A stretch of DNA of 64,000 bases from Tubiluchus corallicola (taxonomy: Eukaryota > Animalia > Priapulida), in contig JAQGDQ010000613.1 of assembly GCA_030141605.1 (NCBI GenBank), forward strand, positions 62,001 to 126,000, given 5' to 3'. A program made the translations under genes and the position numbers. The notes beneath the pieces are model-generated. The model worked only from the letters and a program-made list of their open reading frames with translations, had not been told where the DNA came from and did not search any database. This document shows positions 1 to 14,632 of the stretch, in pieces; position 1 is the first letter of the stretch, and each line of letters opens with the position of its first letter.

Positions 1-282
1 GAAGGCAAAGGTAGGGCATCTAATGAGACTGACAGAAACAACACCAGTAAGATTAGCATTAAATGAGGCACTGTAGCTTACTGAACGACCTCCAGGCAAA
101 ACCAAAAACAACTAGGACATCAAGAATGAATATAGATTTACAACAGCTGAGACCAAATTTAACAATAGCATCACAGGAGTTGAAAATTTTAGCTGCAGAC
201 AGGAAACAGTGGGGTGCTTTAATAAATGATAGCCGATCTATGTCTACAATAGATGTTTAGAGCAACAGAAGAAGAAGAAGAG
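1..282 (+). mobile_element. 3' end of a degenerate non-LTR retrotransposon (RTE-like LINE) with (AAG)n tail
   Basis: Frameshifted translation GHLMRLTETTPVRLAL...KPKTT...IDL...LAADRKQW resembles the typical C-terminus of RTE ORF2 (GHxxR...RPxxTW...DL...AxDRxxW); followed by agaagaagaagaag tail at ~267-280. Confidence 0.7.
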
Positions 283-757
283 CATTTATAAATGCATGTT
301 TTTGTGAGTCATAATAAAAGTGTGCATTTGGGATTCAAACAGACTGTCTGCAGTAATAATTTATGCATGGTATATACCTGTTTAATATTTTGCTTTTTCG
401 TTTGCTTTTTTGCATGTTTTCTTATGTTTGACTGATGCGGTTTCCACAACAGAATGCACCTTTGGTATGTTGTTTTTGTTTATTTTTCTTCATTCATTCT
501 TAAGTTTTTATTTGCTGCTATCTAGCTTTGTTGAGGTGAAATTATCTCTCATTTTGTGCACGGTTGCACGAGTTCATCATTCTGTGAAAGTGGAATGTAA
601 TAAAAATCAAATTTTACATGCCTGTAATCTTAAATGTGATAAATTTGAATGACTGACTCATTGAGGCCGGTGATTCATATACATGTAAGTGATTTGTGGT
701 ATCATTACATAATACGTGAAAACATTTTTGAAGGCATGCATAGTTAATAGTTACATG

Positions 758-1246
758 TAGTGATGGGCGATTAATAGATTAATCAAGTTAATCTCAAGTA
801 CAATTATGTCTAAATTGACATAACATGCAAATGAACAGTAATTCAACTAATCGAGATTAATCGAGAGCAAATATACTTATTATTCACTGACTAAAAGGCA
901 GTATTTTAGCACACATAATGAAATCTGCATTTTTCTTCATTTTTCAGACCTTACACAATTGCGAAGCACAATGTCGCAAGGTCTTTAAGTTATTCGTTGG
1001 CACGTGACGTGTGTGACGCAGTCACAAAGTACTTAATGAATGTGGCAGTCAACAAAAATAGTTTGCAAGTACAAAATGACACACAGTGACAAAAGCCATA
1101 AAGTTTATTGATCATATTTAACTGCAATCATTGAAAAATATGGCTAAAACACTAAAAAAATCTTTGCAAAAGACTAATCGTGACGTTGAATTACAAGAAC
1201 AATATTATACATTCGAATTACGTAATTTCATAATCGACCATCACTA
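758..1246. mobile_element. Non-autonomous hAT-like DNA transposon (MITE)
   Basis: TIRs TAGTGATGG...CCATCACTA flanked by a perfect 8-bp TSD gttacatg (750-757 and 1247-1254). Confidence 0.85.
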
Positions 1247-2164
1247 GTTACATGCATCTTGTATCTGACATGTGCAATAAACATTTCAATTTCTGCAAAA
1301 ATGTCGTGCCTCTACAATTGCTCATTTAATAAAGCAAGTGAGCTTGACAAATAATAATTTTTGGTTGTATTTTTGCTAGCGTGCTCATGCATGTATTACT
1401 CCCCTTTCTCAGCTGAGCGTGCATTTTGTGGGTATTTTTAGACTGATGTCAAAAAGCGGTGTTTGGTGGAAATTTAATTCTTATGTTGGGAAACTAGTAA
1501 ACGAAACCGTGACTTCGCTTATTGGTTTTGAATTAGAGTTTTGTTAGTTTTTGTTACATGACAAAGAAAACTAGACCTTTACTGCAAACAATAAAAAGCA
1601 TGACTTTTACCACATTTATGAATGAAATTACTGCAAGTCATTCCAAAGTAACTGAGTCAAATCTATATATTTTCTAGCGACTAAGAATTTTAAGGTGTGG
1701 TATTAAATCACTATTGAATAGTCCCAGAACTGAAACACAGTAAAAAATTCTGGAACTTTTCCTCGACATAATATTGAAATAGGCTTGTTTTCATATACAT
1801 GTTTTAGTTGCATCAGACATTAAAATTGAAATACAGGATGTAAGGCGGTACATATGAACCCTGTTTTGCAAAATTGAACATGTAAAACTCATAATTACAT
1901 GTGCCGTCGAGGTGCAAACCTTTTAAAGTTGTAATTGTAACACCTGACTATAGCTGCGTCATAATAAAACATTGGAGCATATAGGCGTGTATTGGGTCAC
2001 AAAGTTGTGTGTAATTAGCACTTGTTTGTAAAACAATTGTTGGGATATACTGTAAATTGTATACGCTGTTTACCGGTGAACAAATTGCTCTTGAATAATT
2101 ATGTTACTAGTAAAACAAATACCTGAATTGTGGGAGAATAATGTTTACTTTTGTTCCTTTCTAG

Positions 2165-5100
2165 GCTGATACTGTTTCGCCGTTCGAGGCAAGCTATGTA
2201 AGTAGCCAGTGTTAAATTATTTGCATGCTATAATGAAATAGGATTGAGTGATCATGATTGTTGTAGACAAAGAATATCGAATGCTGTGTTTGACTCAGAG
2301 ATTGCAACGTATTTAACCCAATTTATGACATACTTTCTTCAGTTACATTATGTTACGCAAATTGTGGCTACCACCTTTGTGAGTAAATGAAAGTAAGATA
2401 ACGTAAAATATTTCAGACTAAATTTCTTTTGAAACATTCAAGAAACTTTCGCACATTGGGACACTTCTTTGCAAACAAACAAAATGTTAAAATTTGGTGT
2501 GGGCCAAGAGTGCTCTATTTCTAAGCGTTAAATTTTGTTTTGCTACTTGCTACACAAGTTCTCAAACGTGTGCACTACGTCACAACTGAACACCTCTGAA
2601 ATGAGAAATACAGCAGCTGTTTTTTGTACAACGTATTTTTCCAGTTGCAGATACTAGTCCCATCTAATTAGTGAATGGCGAAATGCGTGTAACAGTGAAA
2701 AACTAACGAATGTGAAATTACAATTATTTGGTAATAATTCTTTCACATAAATTATTCTTGAAGACATTGTATGTTCCCTTTCAATACTTTATATTGTTTC
2801 AGCTATAGTTTAAGATTGCGTCCGGTTTTCCTTTAACACTTTTGTATGTGCTACATTAAAATCATTTTATTTACAATATCAGATAACGCAATATTATGTT
2901 ATTCTTTACAGACAAGCTTGCAGAAGAGTTTATCATCAAGTTGCACAACAGATGGCAGTATTAATCAAGATCTCTGTCAGGTACTTTTCAATTTTCTGAA
3001 TACAACTAGCTCAACGACAAATTTTTGTTGCTAACAGGGATGTGCCTATCCAATATATAATCAGAGATCCGCAAACAAACTAACATATTGTCGACAATAG
3101 AAACGCCAATGTTAAAATTTTTCCCCTAAAATAAATTTTCACTTTGAATACACTTGAAATAAGCTTTGATTGAGCCTTTTGTTATTAGTGCCTAATGAAT
3201 GCAATTGTAATAAACCATCATTAATCTGAGCAGTTTCTTCAAAAATTCTATTCCATTTTCACCATGCTGTTTACGTACAAGTGCTGCTATTTTTAAGTGT
3301 TGACTGAGCCGCAAAACGTAGGAGTTTTACCAAAGCGGATGTTTCATACGCGTAAAACTTCATTCCACTTCAAGCTCTGTGCCTGTGAGGCTGTGAAATA
3401 TGGTCTAAACTCGTTCAGTTACTTGGGGACAAAGTTGTGGAATACTCGGGGCCCACTCGTCTTAAAAGTGAAACCGGACTGAATTCTTTTAAGCATAAAA
3501 TGCGGAATGTGAAAATGTGGATGCAATGTGGATTGCCCAAGTGATTTTTAGTCTTTAAAACGGTAAACTTGGCAAACCGAAACCTTTCAGGAAACCTAGG
3601 GAAATCAAGTAATTGGTAGTCTTTACTTAATTGTACAGTATTTAATTTAATTAGTTTTTAACCATAGCTGAATAGTTTTGTTTATTCACATGTGTCATAA
3701 GGTCTTGCAGCGTGTAGTTGTGTGTTTTTAAAATCAACATAAAATAAATGCTTATCTTATTAATCTGAAAAGAAGGTTAGATTAGTTTAGCAAATGTCAG
3801 TTCTTAGATACTTGGTATTTTAGATATTTTAGTGACGATTTTGTTATTGGTGAATAACTTACGTGAAATTCTGGATAGCAGTTAAATTCGTGCTTTTTCA
3901 AACTGCACTTTATATTTTTTCTGATGCTGTTTTCTGTTTACCGTCACTTCGTCATCATTATAAACCAACTCATGAGAGTTTGATGTGCTCTTTAACACCA
4001 ATTTTCTAACCAGTTGCATAATTACTATTCAATGATATCATTCACAGAGCAGAGCCTGATTATTTTTGGTTGACATGCAACAACAATTTTCCTTTCATAG
4101 TGCCGATTACCAGTGTTTTAAAAGTGAACTATTAAAATTTTTATCTCCCAGATTACGTACCATGAAACTTTACTGTTAAACATGTGAGTGTGAGAAAGAC
4201 AGCATAAAATTTCTCACAGTTTAAAGGTGTTAATGCCTTGTTATTATGTAGTAGCACAAATTACTAGTTTCCCCAAGTTGTTGTTTGTCACGCTTTCACC
4301 TTTACAGCAGGTGAAATTTTAGTTTAACGATAATCTTCCACCTGTCAACACCAGCTTTGACAATGACACGTAGTTCGGCTCCAGCTCCCAGTAATTATAG
4401 TAATTTGCTCGATTTTGTAATGCCTACACAAGGCACAATGTTCTTTGAACTTTTAAGGTTATTTTTAAAAAAGTATGATGTTTTAATTTTAAACTTTTAA
4501 GGTATTTGTAATAAAGCATAGTGTCTTAATTTTGGACTTATAAGGTTTTTGTAAAAAAAAAGTAGTGTGTTAATTTTAAAAGTTGTTTACATGTTTTAAA
4601 CTTGAAACTATTTGATTTTAAAAGTTATTTGCATGTTTTAAACTTGAAGCTAGTTGATTATTATTTAGTTGAAATGTCAGTTATAATAGTGGAATATAGA
4701 AGCCTTATTCTTGCTGTTGGTTTCAGTTATTTGTGTGTAGGAACATAGACAGACCGTTTTAAGAACAAAAAATTCTATAATCTATTTTTTGTGAAAATTA
4801 TATTTTTGTCCTGTTATTTTTTCAAAGTACTTCAGTACTGCTGTGTAGTTTGAGAACTAGGTTCATATCACTTAAAAGGTTAGCCCATAAAATTATGATG
4901 AATTAATGTCAGAAAATTTACAGTAAGGTTACTGTACGTGTTTCATTTCATATGAAATTGCCATTTTTTCGCAGAAAATTTTGCTGACACTTTCAAAATA
5001 TTTTTAGATGACCGTCTTTTACACAAGATGTTCGTATTTCAGGAAAATCAAGACTTGAAGCGGCAACTTGTCTTTTTACAGCAGCAGATTGAAGAGAAGA

Positions 5101-8100
5101 ACCGAACGATACAGCGTCTTGAAGGACAAATGGTACGATGTAGCAGTCAATCGTTACAACATATATCGATTAAATTATTAATTAATAGTGAAACTGGGCA
5201 GTGATTGAGTAACTGTAATCCCAAGTAATCGATTTTGCTATCCACCAGTTTCCTAAATAAAGAGAAAAGCAGTTCTCTTAGGCCCGTGCCACACAGAGGT
5301 GGGCATAATCTGTAATGCATAAGCTGTGAGGAGAAAAAGCCACCTCGTCAAGAATGGTAACCATGAAAGAGACATGTTATGGCTTACTGATTACAGATTG
5401 TGAATTGCCCCTTACTTCTTTCTCTGTGTTACACAGGCCTTACAGGCCCAAACAATCCGTGCTCTTATATTTACAAGCAAACTTGCAATGTTGCATTAAT
5501 TGTCTAATTCACTTTTTCGAAAAGTGTCAGCTGCATACCTCTTTATTTTTTCTTTATTTTAATAATTTTTTGACATTAAATGATTATTTCTTATTTTCAG
5601 GAAACATTTAGAAATCGCCCAAGATGTGGCAGCACTGGCAGTGATGAAACAGACGAGAAGGATGTCCGAAATGCAGCTACTCAAACTGATCGGGTAAGGG
5701 CATCTCACTTTACATGTACAAATGTGCTATATACTTCTGTACTATTTGTGTAGCAGCAGTAATTTTGCAGTAGTGGTTTGTATAGTATTGGGGCCTAGTC
5801 ACCCACCTATACATTATGGCTTAACACTTTTTTCTCAGATGTTGATGAAATACAATGGCAAGAAGTAGGCCTTCAAAGACTATCAGTGTCATATCATTGG
5901 TTATGTACTTATGTTTAAATATCTTACCATACTGCCCTATTTTTTCCACTGAAGCTATAAGTCTTATAGGCTATCTATAGCTTAGGGCCATGTTTGATTT
6001 ATCAAGGAGACTAATGCATATGTCTGTTATATTCGGTACATAGGCTGTTGTTTGCAATGTGCTGTTAACTCGGTTATTCAGGGCGAATTTGTGTGTGTAA
6101 AATTGGCTAAAATTTTGGCTTTCCATACAAAAATATATTACTTCTCATTACATCTAGCTGTTTGAGTGACTTGAGTAACTCAAAAAGAAAATTATTAGTA
6201 ACTGAAAATGTTCACACCCACTGGTAAAACATCACTGACTCACCTTCTCAGTATGCAGCACTCGCTTCTCAAAAACATATTATTAATCATATTGACAAAA
6301 TAAAGTAATTTAGACTTTTGCTTAGTTAGTGAGATTCATCCTAGAAATGCTTTTTCAAACTTTGCACAAAGTTGTTTAAACTTCTTTCAAATACTTATTG
6401 TCATAATGACTTTGCCTAACGATCATCGTTGGCATTTAAATTTGCAAGTTTTATACAGCATTGCAGTTAATACAAGTGCAATAAGGCACATGTAAGTGAT
6501 ATAAAATTTCAAGATGAATTTATTTAGCTTGATGTAAGTAAAGGCTTTTCTTGACCTTTAAGTAATTTTGTGAACAAACTAATGTGTGAATGCCATACAC
6601 ATGTTTAATTTCCGTCATTTCTTCCAGATACGAAGCTTGGGTATTAATGGAGAGTGTAGGGTAGACGAACCGCCAACAATAAGGTATGCTTGCATAGAGA
6701 GTATCAACAATTTTTAAACTTGTGCTTAAAGTACATGGTTTAATTAATCTGCTGTGTGTGCATGCGTGTGCGTGTCTGTGTGTGTGCCTATATTAAGCCA
6801 TCGTACATACTAATATATCCCATTGTGAAAGCGTGCCATTAATTTCTGTTTGGCATTTCTTTCATAAGTCAGTTTTTAATTTTCACTTAGGGTTTCCCAT
6901 TTGTAATTTTGCAATTTTTTATCTTTTTCATGCTACAACAGCTTTAGAATCGGAAAGGTATCGTTACAGAAGCATTTTCGTGTTATGTAAACTAAAAACT
7001 TAGAAAACAAAATCTGGAAATTTACCTTTACTAGTTTAGTTATAGCTAAAATTGTAAAGTTTGAAATAAGATGTTAAATACGGCAGGTGTTGTTTACGAG
7101 AATAAGCCTTTTCACAGTTTTTGGACGCACATCCAGTTACTGCAGGTCAAAGTTATGTATACCACAGCACACATTTTAATTACAACCTTCACGTGATGTG
7201 TGTGTAAAGCAAAACCGTCTGCCACATCAGTGGTTTTACGTGGACTTTACTTTATTATGCATTAGGCTGCACAGTGTAGAGTGGTTTATTAGCAAGGTCT
7301 TGCTTGGGAACAAAAAATGAACTAGGTAAAGTTCTAGCTAGTTGTTAAAACTGTTACTATTACTATAGCTTGCACTGCAAGGCATTGTCAAATGTACACA
7401 AATACGGTGGCTGTCTGTTACACTTAACCTTTGACCTTTTCACACTCATCATCAATCGCTGTAACTGTGAAAGGGCTTATTACTGTCAGATGTTGTGTGG
7501 TGTGATGGTATTGTTTGTACTGTTGTTATCATACTTATTTGTGATACACTGTCTAATACTGTTTTTAAAGTCAGTATTTAGCATCTTATTTCATTTTTCT
7601 TACTATAGTTGAAAGTCATGTTATAAAAGAAATAACTTCTCAAGTCTGTATAATCAAAAAACATAACTCTTTAGTACGACTTTGCTTGACAGCTATGCAC
7701 TCTTTCTTCAACATTCAGATTAAAAACTTGGATTCAAAATTCTCTTTTTAATAGTAGGTTTAAATAACAATTTCATGCAAACTTTACTATTTGACACAAA
7801 GCCTGTAATTTTAATTATACTCTAATTTTTAAGTATACTCTAGTTTAGCAATTTTCTGATGTTAGAGTTACTGCTACAGGGTTGTCCAGAAAAAAACACT
7901 ACCAGTAAATTCTTTAATAAAACAAAAATTAGAAGCCAAAAAGGCATAAAAATTTAACACAACAAAAATGAAATATACATATTTTATACACAACAAAAAA
8001 TTTAGTTATAGGCTTTATTTTATTTTCGCTTAACTTTTAAAAATGTGATGTTTAAAATTTTATTTCCATTAACAAAGAAATGGATGTTTTTCCAAAGTCT

Positions 8101-11100
8101 GCTATTTTAAGTAAAAAAAAGAAAATAAACTTTTGATATTTATTTATCTACAATTTTTTAGAAAAATTGTCTTGTGTGCTTTCTTTCCATTTTGATCACT
8201 TTGCAAAGTTTAGATCAGAATCGGTTAAAAGTTGGATTAATGTCATTATTGGTTAAAACACCAACTTTATTAAAATGTTTAATTTACATAGTTAAAAATC
8301 ACGCCAAACGTATAGAATATTATGTTCTAATTATGTATGTAACAGAAGCCAAATAAGTATTGATTAAGCAGACCTGTAGAAAAGAAATTGATACATTAAC
8401 ACATTTTTAAAATTTTGAGCAAATGTAAACATAAAACTTGCAAATAAATTTTAATTTTGTATAAAATATATATGTTAATTTTTATGCTGTTAAGTTTTTA
8501 TGCCTTTTTAATTTTCGTTTTGTTGAAGAATTTTCTGGTGATGTTTCTCTTCTGGACGACCCTGCACATTAGCCCATTCTAACTGTATTTTTACGAACTT
8601 ATTTTGTTGCATTTTGCCTGAACTTGCTTTGCAAGCTTTCTAAACGTAAAACGTGTCATTTTAAGCATCAGACGGTTCCATTTCGGCTAATTAGACTTGG
8701 AGATTTCTAATTTGGTGAAGGTAATTTATGCATGAGTGTATAGTGGTTGTCGTTGCACTCAAACACACAATTATTTAGGCACAAGAATTTGTTGTAAAGC
8801 TGGCACTTGTGAATTTTTGGCACTTTTTTATGAGAAGTTAAAAAGAACTGTTTTTTCTTGTTTATGCCTGTGTTTTCGCATAGATGTCTTCATTTTTCAC
8901 ATTCGTTTACAGTGATAGTTCAATTACTATTAAACTGTAGTATCACTACAAACTCAATTACTTTTTTAAATAGTAGTTGTTGCAACTGCAATTACTGTAT
9001 AAAAATAGTGTCCACTACTATTCCGTTTTCTTGCGATTTCTGACTTCTGACCATTGTAGATATAGTTCACTGCATTATATAGGTGGAATGTGGAAACAGC
9101 TTGTGATAATAAATTGTTAAGTGGCAGCGGAATACGCCCAAGTATAGACATAGATTATAGTATAGTATAGGTTCTAAATAAGCAGTTCATTTATGATCAT
9201 AGACAGACACTTGCACGTCAAGTGACAGCTGCAAGAATTAAATGTAGTGCTGTTACAGTGCTAATTAAAAAAGTGGTGATATTATAATTTATTGTTACTC
9301 ATTTTTAAAGTAATGGCACTTTTCTAGCATTACTAATTTTAGTAGTGGCGCTACGTAGGGAGCATTACAGTAGTGACGCTGTAACAACTATCCAACACTG
9401 TTCACTTGCAACTGCATGATGCTATTGTTGAGGTTCACATTTGAAGTAGCAACCTACTTCATTACGCTGACATAGCATTTAATTAATCAATCCTATTTTT
9501 CGTGTAAATTGTAGAGCAAGCGTTACAGCCACTTACTAGAGTTACTGCATGTTATTAGTGGAGGCTGAGTTAGAACACAGTAGTACATTTGTTTATGTCA
9601 TACACATTTTACTTAGTTTACAATGATTTCTAAAATTACAAGCATCAGTATCTAATTTTTGAGATACTAATGTGAAATTTGAATCACATACTTGTACATA
9701 CGTAAATAAGTTCATAATAAGTGACTCTATTAACAAAGACACGTCGCATCTTGCCTGTAACATAAAAATTATGAACTGAGGTTAAACCGGGCATTTAATT
9801 AATAAAAAGTGATTTTACGTTATATGTTATTAAATTCTTAACAAAATTATTATGAATTATGAATACACTGTATGTTTATAGTGTAAAAAGATTTCTTAAT
9901 TGTTCTTTGGAAGCAATTTATTATATCAATGTAGCGTTTTTGATAGCTGTTAAATTTGATTTTTTACATCAGAGATGTATTTGTTCCAACAGAGATGCAT
10001 TCTGGATAATAAGTTGTTGTGCGTGAAATGAAAAATCCTATGTTTATGCATTCATAAGTTACATGATATTAGTTTAATCATCTGTAAATACATCAATTTT
10101 GACTTTCGTATGCAGCAATTAAGCTTCTTTATTTTTAATTTTCAGGAGACCTGAAAATGAAGACTATCTAGTTATGTACCGACGCCCACGGGTATGGCAT
10201 TATACTGTTTACATGATTAACATGCTTAGTGTTTATAATGTTTTAGTCATATAGGAAATGTGCAAATGTGACAGCAACATTTTAGTGCAGTTTGTAAATG
10301 AAAATTCTGTTTCGTAAGCTAACATTTCTATATAACATAACTATTCATTGTCCTATGGCCCACGGATAACTTGTGGCCAACTGAACTAATTTGACATGCA
10401 GCATGCCAGCGTAAAACCTTGTTTCGAGTGTACACCGAGTTTTTCATTATACAGTAATATATTCAAAACCATAAGGGGTTCTGTTCAATAAATATAGGGC
10501 TCAGAGTATGGGGCCCCCTCTACAGTAAGTATAGCCCCGAAGTGCCCTATACATATTGGATACTGAAAATATATACATTGGACATTGAAACATGCCAACA
10601 TTTCTGTAAGTTTGGGGGGCCATCGAGGAGTTTGGCCTAGGACTCACAAGTAGGTAAATCTGGCCCTGTGTACTGGTGTACATTTGTTGAGGAAGTGACT
10701 CGATACCCTGTTGTGTCTAACTTCTGAATAAAATATGTTGTAAGACGGGTAGAACTTTTAAGCTTCTCTGACATCAAGTAGTCTTCTAAATTCCAGTAAG
10801 GTTATTCTAGCCTTGCTATGGAAAGGATTTTTTCTAATTAAATAAGAAGAATGGCCTTCATGGTAATTATTTGTGGAAAGCAAATAATTTAGAAAAGAGT
10901 TTCTTTATACATTGTACAGATATGTCATGGTTAAATTGTACATATACAGAAGTGGTAATTATGCTGGTTTATATTTTTAGGATTATAGTCCAAACTTTAC
11001 ACAGAAGGTAACGTATTTTACTCCGATGACTACGAGGACATATCAGAGACAGCCATCTTCTACCATTTCCCCACAGTTGCCACGGCGATCAGCCTCAGCT

Positions 11101-11274
11101 ACAAATGCAGTTGATTCAGATCACAAGTGCCATTTGTCATCTACGTCGTCACGGTTTCCGCTGCCGCATCGATCGGCTTCGGCATCAGACGAATCCAGTC
11201 ATAGTACGTTGTCAGTGAACAGTTGTGATTTAAGTTCGAAAGTAAATGATTTATCGTTGTCGCATAAACTTTGA
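2165..11274 (+). CDS. 3' portion of a serine-rich coiled-coil protein, probably CCSER1/2 (FAM190)-like; 5' exons not found in this window
   Basis: Seven GT-AG exons join in frame: 2165-2197, 2912-2980, 5043-5132, 5601-5693, 6628-6683, 10146-10191, 10981-11274 (TGA). Product ...ENQDLKRQLVFLQQQIEEKNRTIQRLEGQM (coiled coil)...NAATQTDR...Ser-rich tail. A coiled coil followed by a TQT motif resembles the CCSER C-terminal region as recalled, not searched. Confidence 0.75.
3330..3520 (+). mobile_element. CR1/L2-type LINE ORF2 3' fragment
   Basis: Translation VKYGLNSFSYLGTKLWN matches the 'YGxxSFxYxxxKLWN' C-terminal motif of CR1/L2-group elements. Confidence 0.55.
7104..7477. mobile_element. MITE family F copy 1 (Harbinger-like)
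   Basis: TIR taagccttttcacag...ctgtgaaagggctta; homologous throughout to 15190-15569. Confidence 0.7.
7877..8564. mobile_element. Tc1/mariner-like MITE
   Basis: ta|CAGGGTTGTCCAGAAAAAAACAC...GATGTTTCTCTTCTGGACGACCCTG with extended imperfect inverted repeats. Confidence 0.7.
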
Positions 11275-11824
11275 CAATGACATCATACTTTCTAGCTGTT
11301 GGAACATCTGTTGGTGATGTATTTCTAGCTGTTGATTGTACTTAAGTCTTTTGTGATTAAAATTGTAAAATTATTTTGCAAAAATTTGTGCAAACTTTGC
11401 GTAGCCAGTGCAATAGTACAAATACTCGACTTCCTGCAGCACCCGAAAATATTTTCATCTGATGTCAGTGTACATACAGTAATAAATCAAATTAGTAGCC
11501 AAACTCAGGGGAGCATTGGGAAACGGGTATCAAACAAAAATGAGGGAGAATTTTGTGCAGCGATGGATAACTTATTTACTGTAAGATTTAGTGGCAGAAG
11601 TATTCTGTAGAACCTTGTCAAATCTTTAACTGTTATGCACCATCTGTTTCTTGGTACTTAAAAATAAAAGTAGGCAAAGAGCATGGTTCTAGCTGATGGA
11701 GTATTAAATGTACTACTAAAAAGCAAAAGGAAAGACTAAGACCTTCCTCTAATATTAGTACAACTTTTAGCAATTTAATAATATATTTCAAAATTCCCTT
11801 ATCTGGTGCAACTTTTTGCCATTA

Positions 11825-12267
11825 CACTCATATATCGATTTGCCGGACAAAAATGCGGAGACGTTGGTCCAAATTTGCCGATTGTCCGTATTTTCTGATA
11901 CTGAGCTAATACATTAGGCGCAGTGTATTAGACTCACGGCAATGTAGAATCAATTGCCTAATTGCCTCAAAAACATCTAGTATGGGCCGCTCCTATGCAA
12001 AAGTATATAAAAACTGTCGACAATTGACTCAAATAACTCTGCATAATTGACTCTAAAGCACTTACAAATGCTGATTAAACCACTAAACATGCTGACATAC
12101 AAGCTACATACGTGTCGTTACATGCTGCTTGGATTTAAACAAAGTGACGGCCAGCTCGCAAGACAACGGACAGTGTCCGTAGTATGCGTGACTTTTTAAT
12201 GGACCAGATTTTATCTGAATTTTCCGATATCTGTAAAAGTGAGGTCCGGTAAACCAAGACACTAGTG
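11825..12267 (+). mobile_element. MITE family C copy 1 (Tc1/pogo-like, TA-flanked)
   Basis: Ends taCACTCATA...AGTGta; homologous in inverted orientation to 23150-23524 (e.g. ccaaatttgccgattgtc shared). Confidence 0.7.
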
Positions 12268-12996
12268 TATTCAAAAATTTGAATGTTTTTTGTTGGCTAC
12301 CATGACTCGTTAGTATTTTGTTACTTATTTGGGAGATATTATTTTGTATATAGTTGTATAATTTTGTTCATTTTACTGCACTTGTTAACATAATAATAGC
12401 CATTCACGTGTATATACGTATAATACACATTTAGCTGTAGGATCAAAATAATGTATTTGAATTCGTTTCCTTGTGTACTGCTGCTATTTATAAGTAGATA
12501 ACTAAGATGTGTTATGTGTTGTTATTATTTATTATTAGATAGGAAACTTAACTCAGTAAACAAACAAAATTGTGCTTTGGAAGCTCCGTTTCAAATAAGC
12601 GCTAATTATTTTAGAGGTTAGAAGAAAAACTGGAAAATGATTAATAATTTGACTATAGTTCACGACGTGGTTTGGATTTAACTAGATGAATGTAATTATT
12701 AAAACAACCTTGTTAATAGTTGTTATATTTTTGTTGGCAGAAAATTTATAAAAAAAAAATCTAGAAAAAAATTGTAAGCAGTTGTAAAAACTGGTGAAAT
12801 TTTTTGCACTAGAAGTGGTGTCAACTGCTTTATATCTTAGGCTTGTATTAATTAACAGCTCATAGCTTTCTCATAGGTAGGAAAATTATGTGAAGTGCAA
12901 GGGACTTACAGTAATTTAAGAATTTCTTTGTGCTTGTATAACTTTTTAATGCTCCCAGCAGGTTGTAACACAACTCTGTTGTAGTTGAACCCAGTA

Positions 12997-13541
12997 CAGT
13001 AAACTCCACATAACCCAAATCCAACCGGACCGAAAAACGGTTCCAGCATAGAAACTCTAAACCCCTCTATCAGATGGCGAGCTAAATAAAAGGCAGAAAG
13101 TCAATCCTTCTATACACAAACGACGAGATTTAATGACAATTACATAAAGAATAACAAACTATGTGGTGAAACACGATTTTTTATGTAACATAAGGACGCG
13201 TACACGATACTGTGAAACAAGGTGACAGTGGGGCTACCAATGTCTTGCGTACTGCAATCCCAGAGAAAATAATCAGTGGGCGTGACTTGTAAGACATTGG
13301 AATTTTACTGGAACATGATACTGTTATTTTTCTAGAGATTAAATTGCATTTTTGAGTTAGGCGAAGTAAATTACATGTATTTTGATTAAATGGATAATAA
13401 TTTTTTATTTAAGTTAGGCAAAAAATTTTGAGTTATATATTTTGAATTAATCAATGTTTTGTGTGGAAAAACGAAGGATTTCATCCATTCCGCTGAAATT
13501 CTCTGAGTTAGGCAAAAATTTGAGTTACGTGGAATTTACTG
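12997..13541. mobile_element. pogo/Tigger-like MITE
   Basis: ta|CAGTAAACTCCACATAACCCAAA...TTTGAGTTACGTGGAATTTACTG|ta: TIRs plus TA TSD. Confidence 0.8.
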
Positions 13542-14345
13542 TAATAGCAAATTATTACAGTTTCCAATGGAGTAAAATACTGCACAACAAATTGCAATGT
13601 TTCTGTCCCACTTCTGACACCATGACTTATACTGTTGTTCGTGGATTTCTATCTAGTAGAAATTATTACAGAACACTAAGCCATTATGCGTGTTGCGGTC
13701 AGACATATTAATGCATAACAGAAACCATGAAAGATTTGCAATTGATTGTAGGTGTAATTGATCTATTAGGCGAAATTAGTCGACAGTAACAAGAAGGAAA
13801 ATGAAAGAAGGCGTCAGGCCATATCTGTACATTTCGTAGAATATCCTGTTCACATTTTTCATTGGCTGATTTGTCGTTAATTATGTTATATAACACACGT
13901 ACTATCTAACGTTCAAATAATGAACATGAAAGCAATCTGTAACAGGGTGTTATGATAGAAGGGGCATAAGAATGTTTTCTTATTTAAATTGATTGACAGT
14001 GAAAATTGTAAAAATCATGCATAATCAGATAATTATTTGTTGCATTTTTACTAGATTTTCTTATGCCGACAAATTATAAGAAACTAGAATTGCCTTCTGA
14101 TATTTTTAAAGGTGTGTATGAATGCAGAAGTTGACTTTTCTACATTTAACCAAAATCATAATCGAAAACTAAAGTTTAAATTGCTTTATTTGGGCCACAT
14201 AGTTTAGATAAGAATGCAAATTCAAATTCTGATTTGGATTCATTGAATGTTATTAGTCAAATTAATCTGAAGACTGAATGTAATTAATGTAATTAAACCA
14301 GTTGAGTGTAACTTTTTGCAAGCATCCTCAGCTTTATCGTCTTAC

Positions 14346-14632
14346 GGCGCTGAGTTCATACTAACAAGTTTTCTCTCTGAAAACAAAAGTGTGAATTACT
14401 CTGCAAGTTGCCGTTGACAAAAAATTGCAAACTCTCTGACAGTTGCTGCGAGTTGATTTACTGTCTAGTGTGAACGCCTCTGCAAGTTACTCACAACACT
14501 TCTCGCAATGAATAGAGAAGTGAGTGTCAGCTCATGCTTACTGTCGGAGAGTAACTCGCTGTAAGTTTTGCTCTCTAGTCTGAACACGCTTGCAAGTTAC
14601 TTGGCGAGAAAACTCGCTAGTCTGAATGTGCC
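14346..14632. mobile_element. MITE family E copy 1 (Harbinger-like)
   Basis: Internally repetitive palindromic element ending aaactcgctagtctgaatgtgcc; inverted homologue at 28513-28793 and a short fragment near 63680-63720. Confidence 0.6.

Noticed and set aside
11272-11295. Stop-codon readthrough or selenocysteine at TGA CAA in the first gene
   Set aside because: A second TGA follows one codon later and TAG soon after; no SECIS-like structure noticed.
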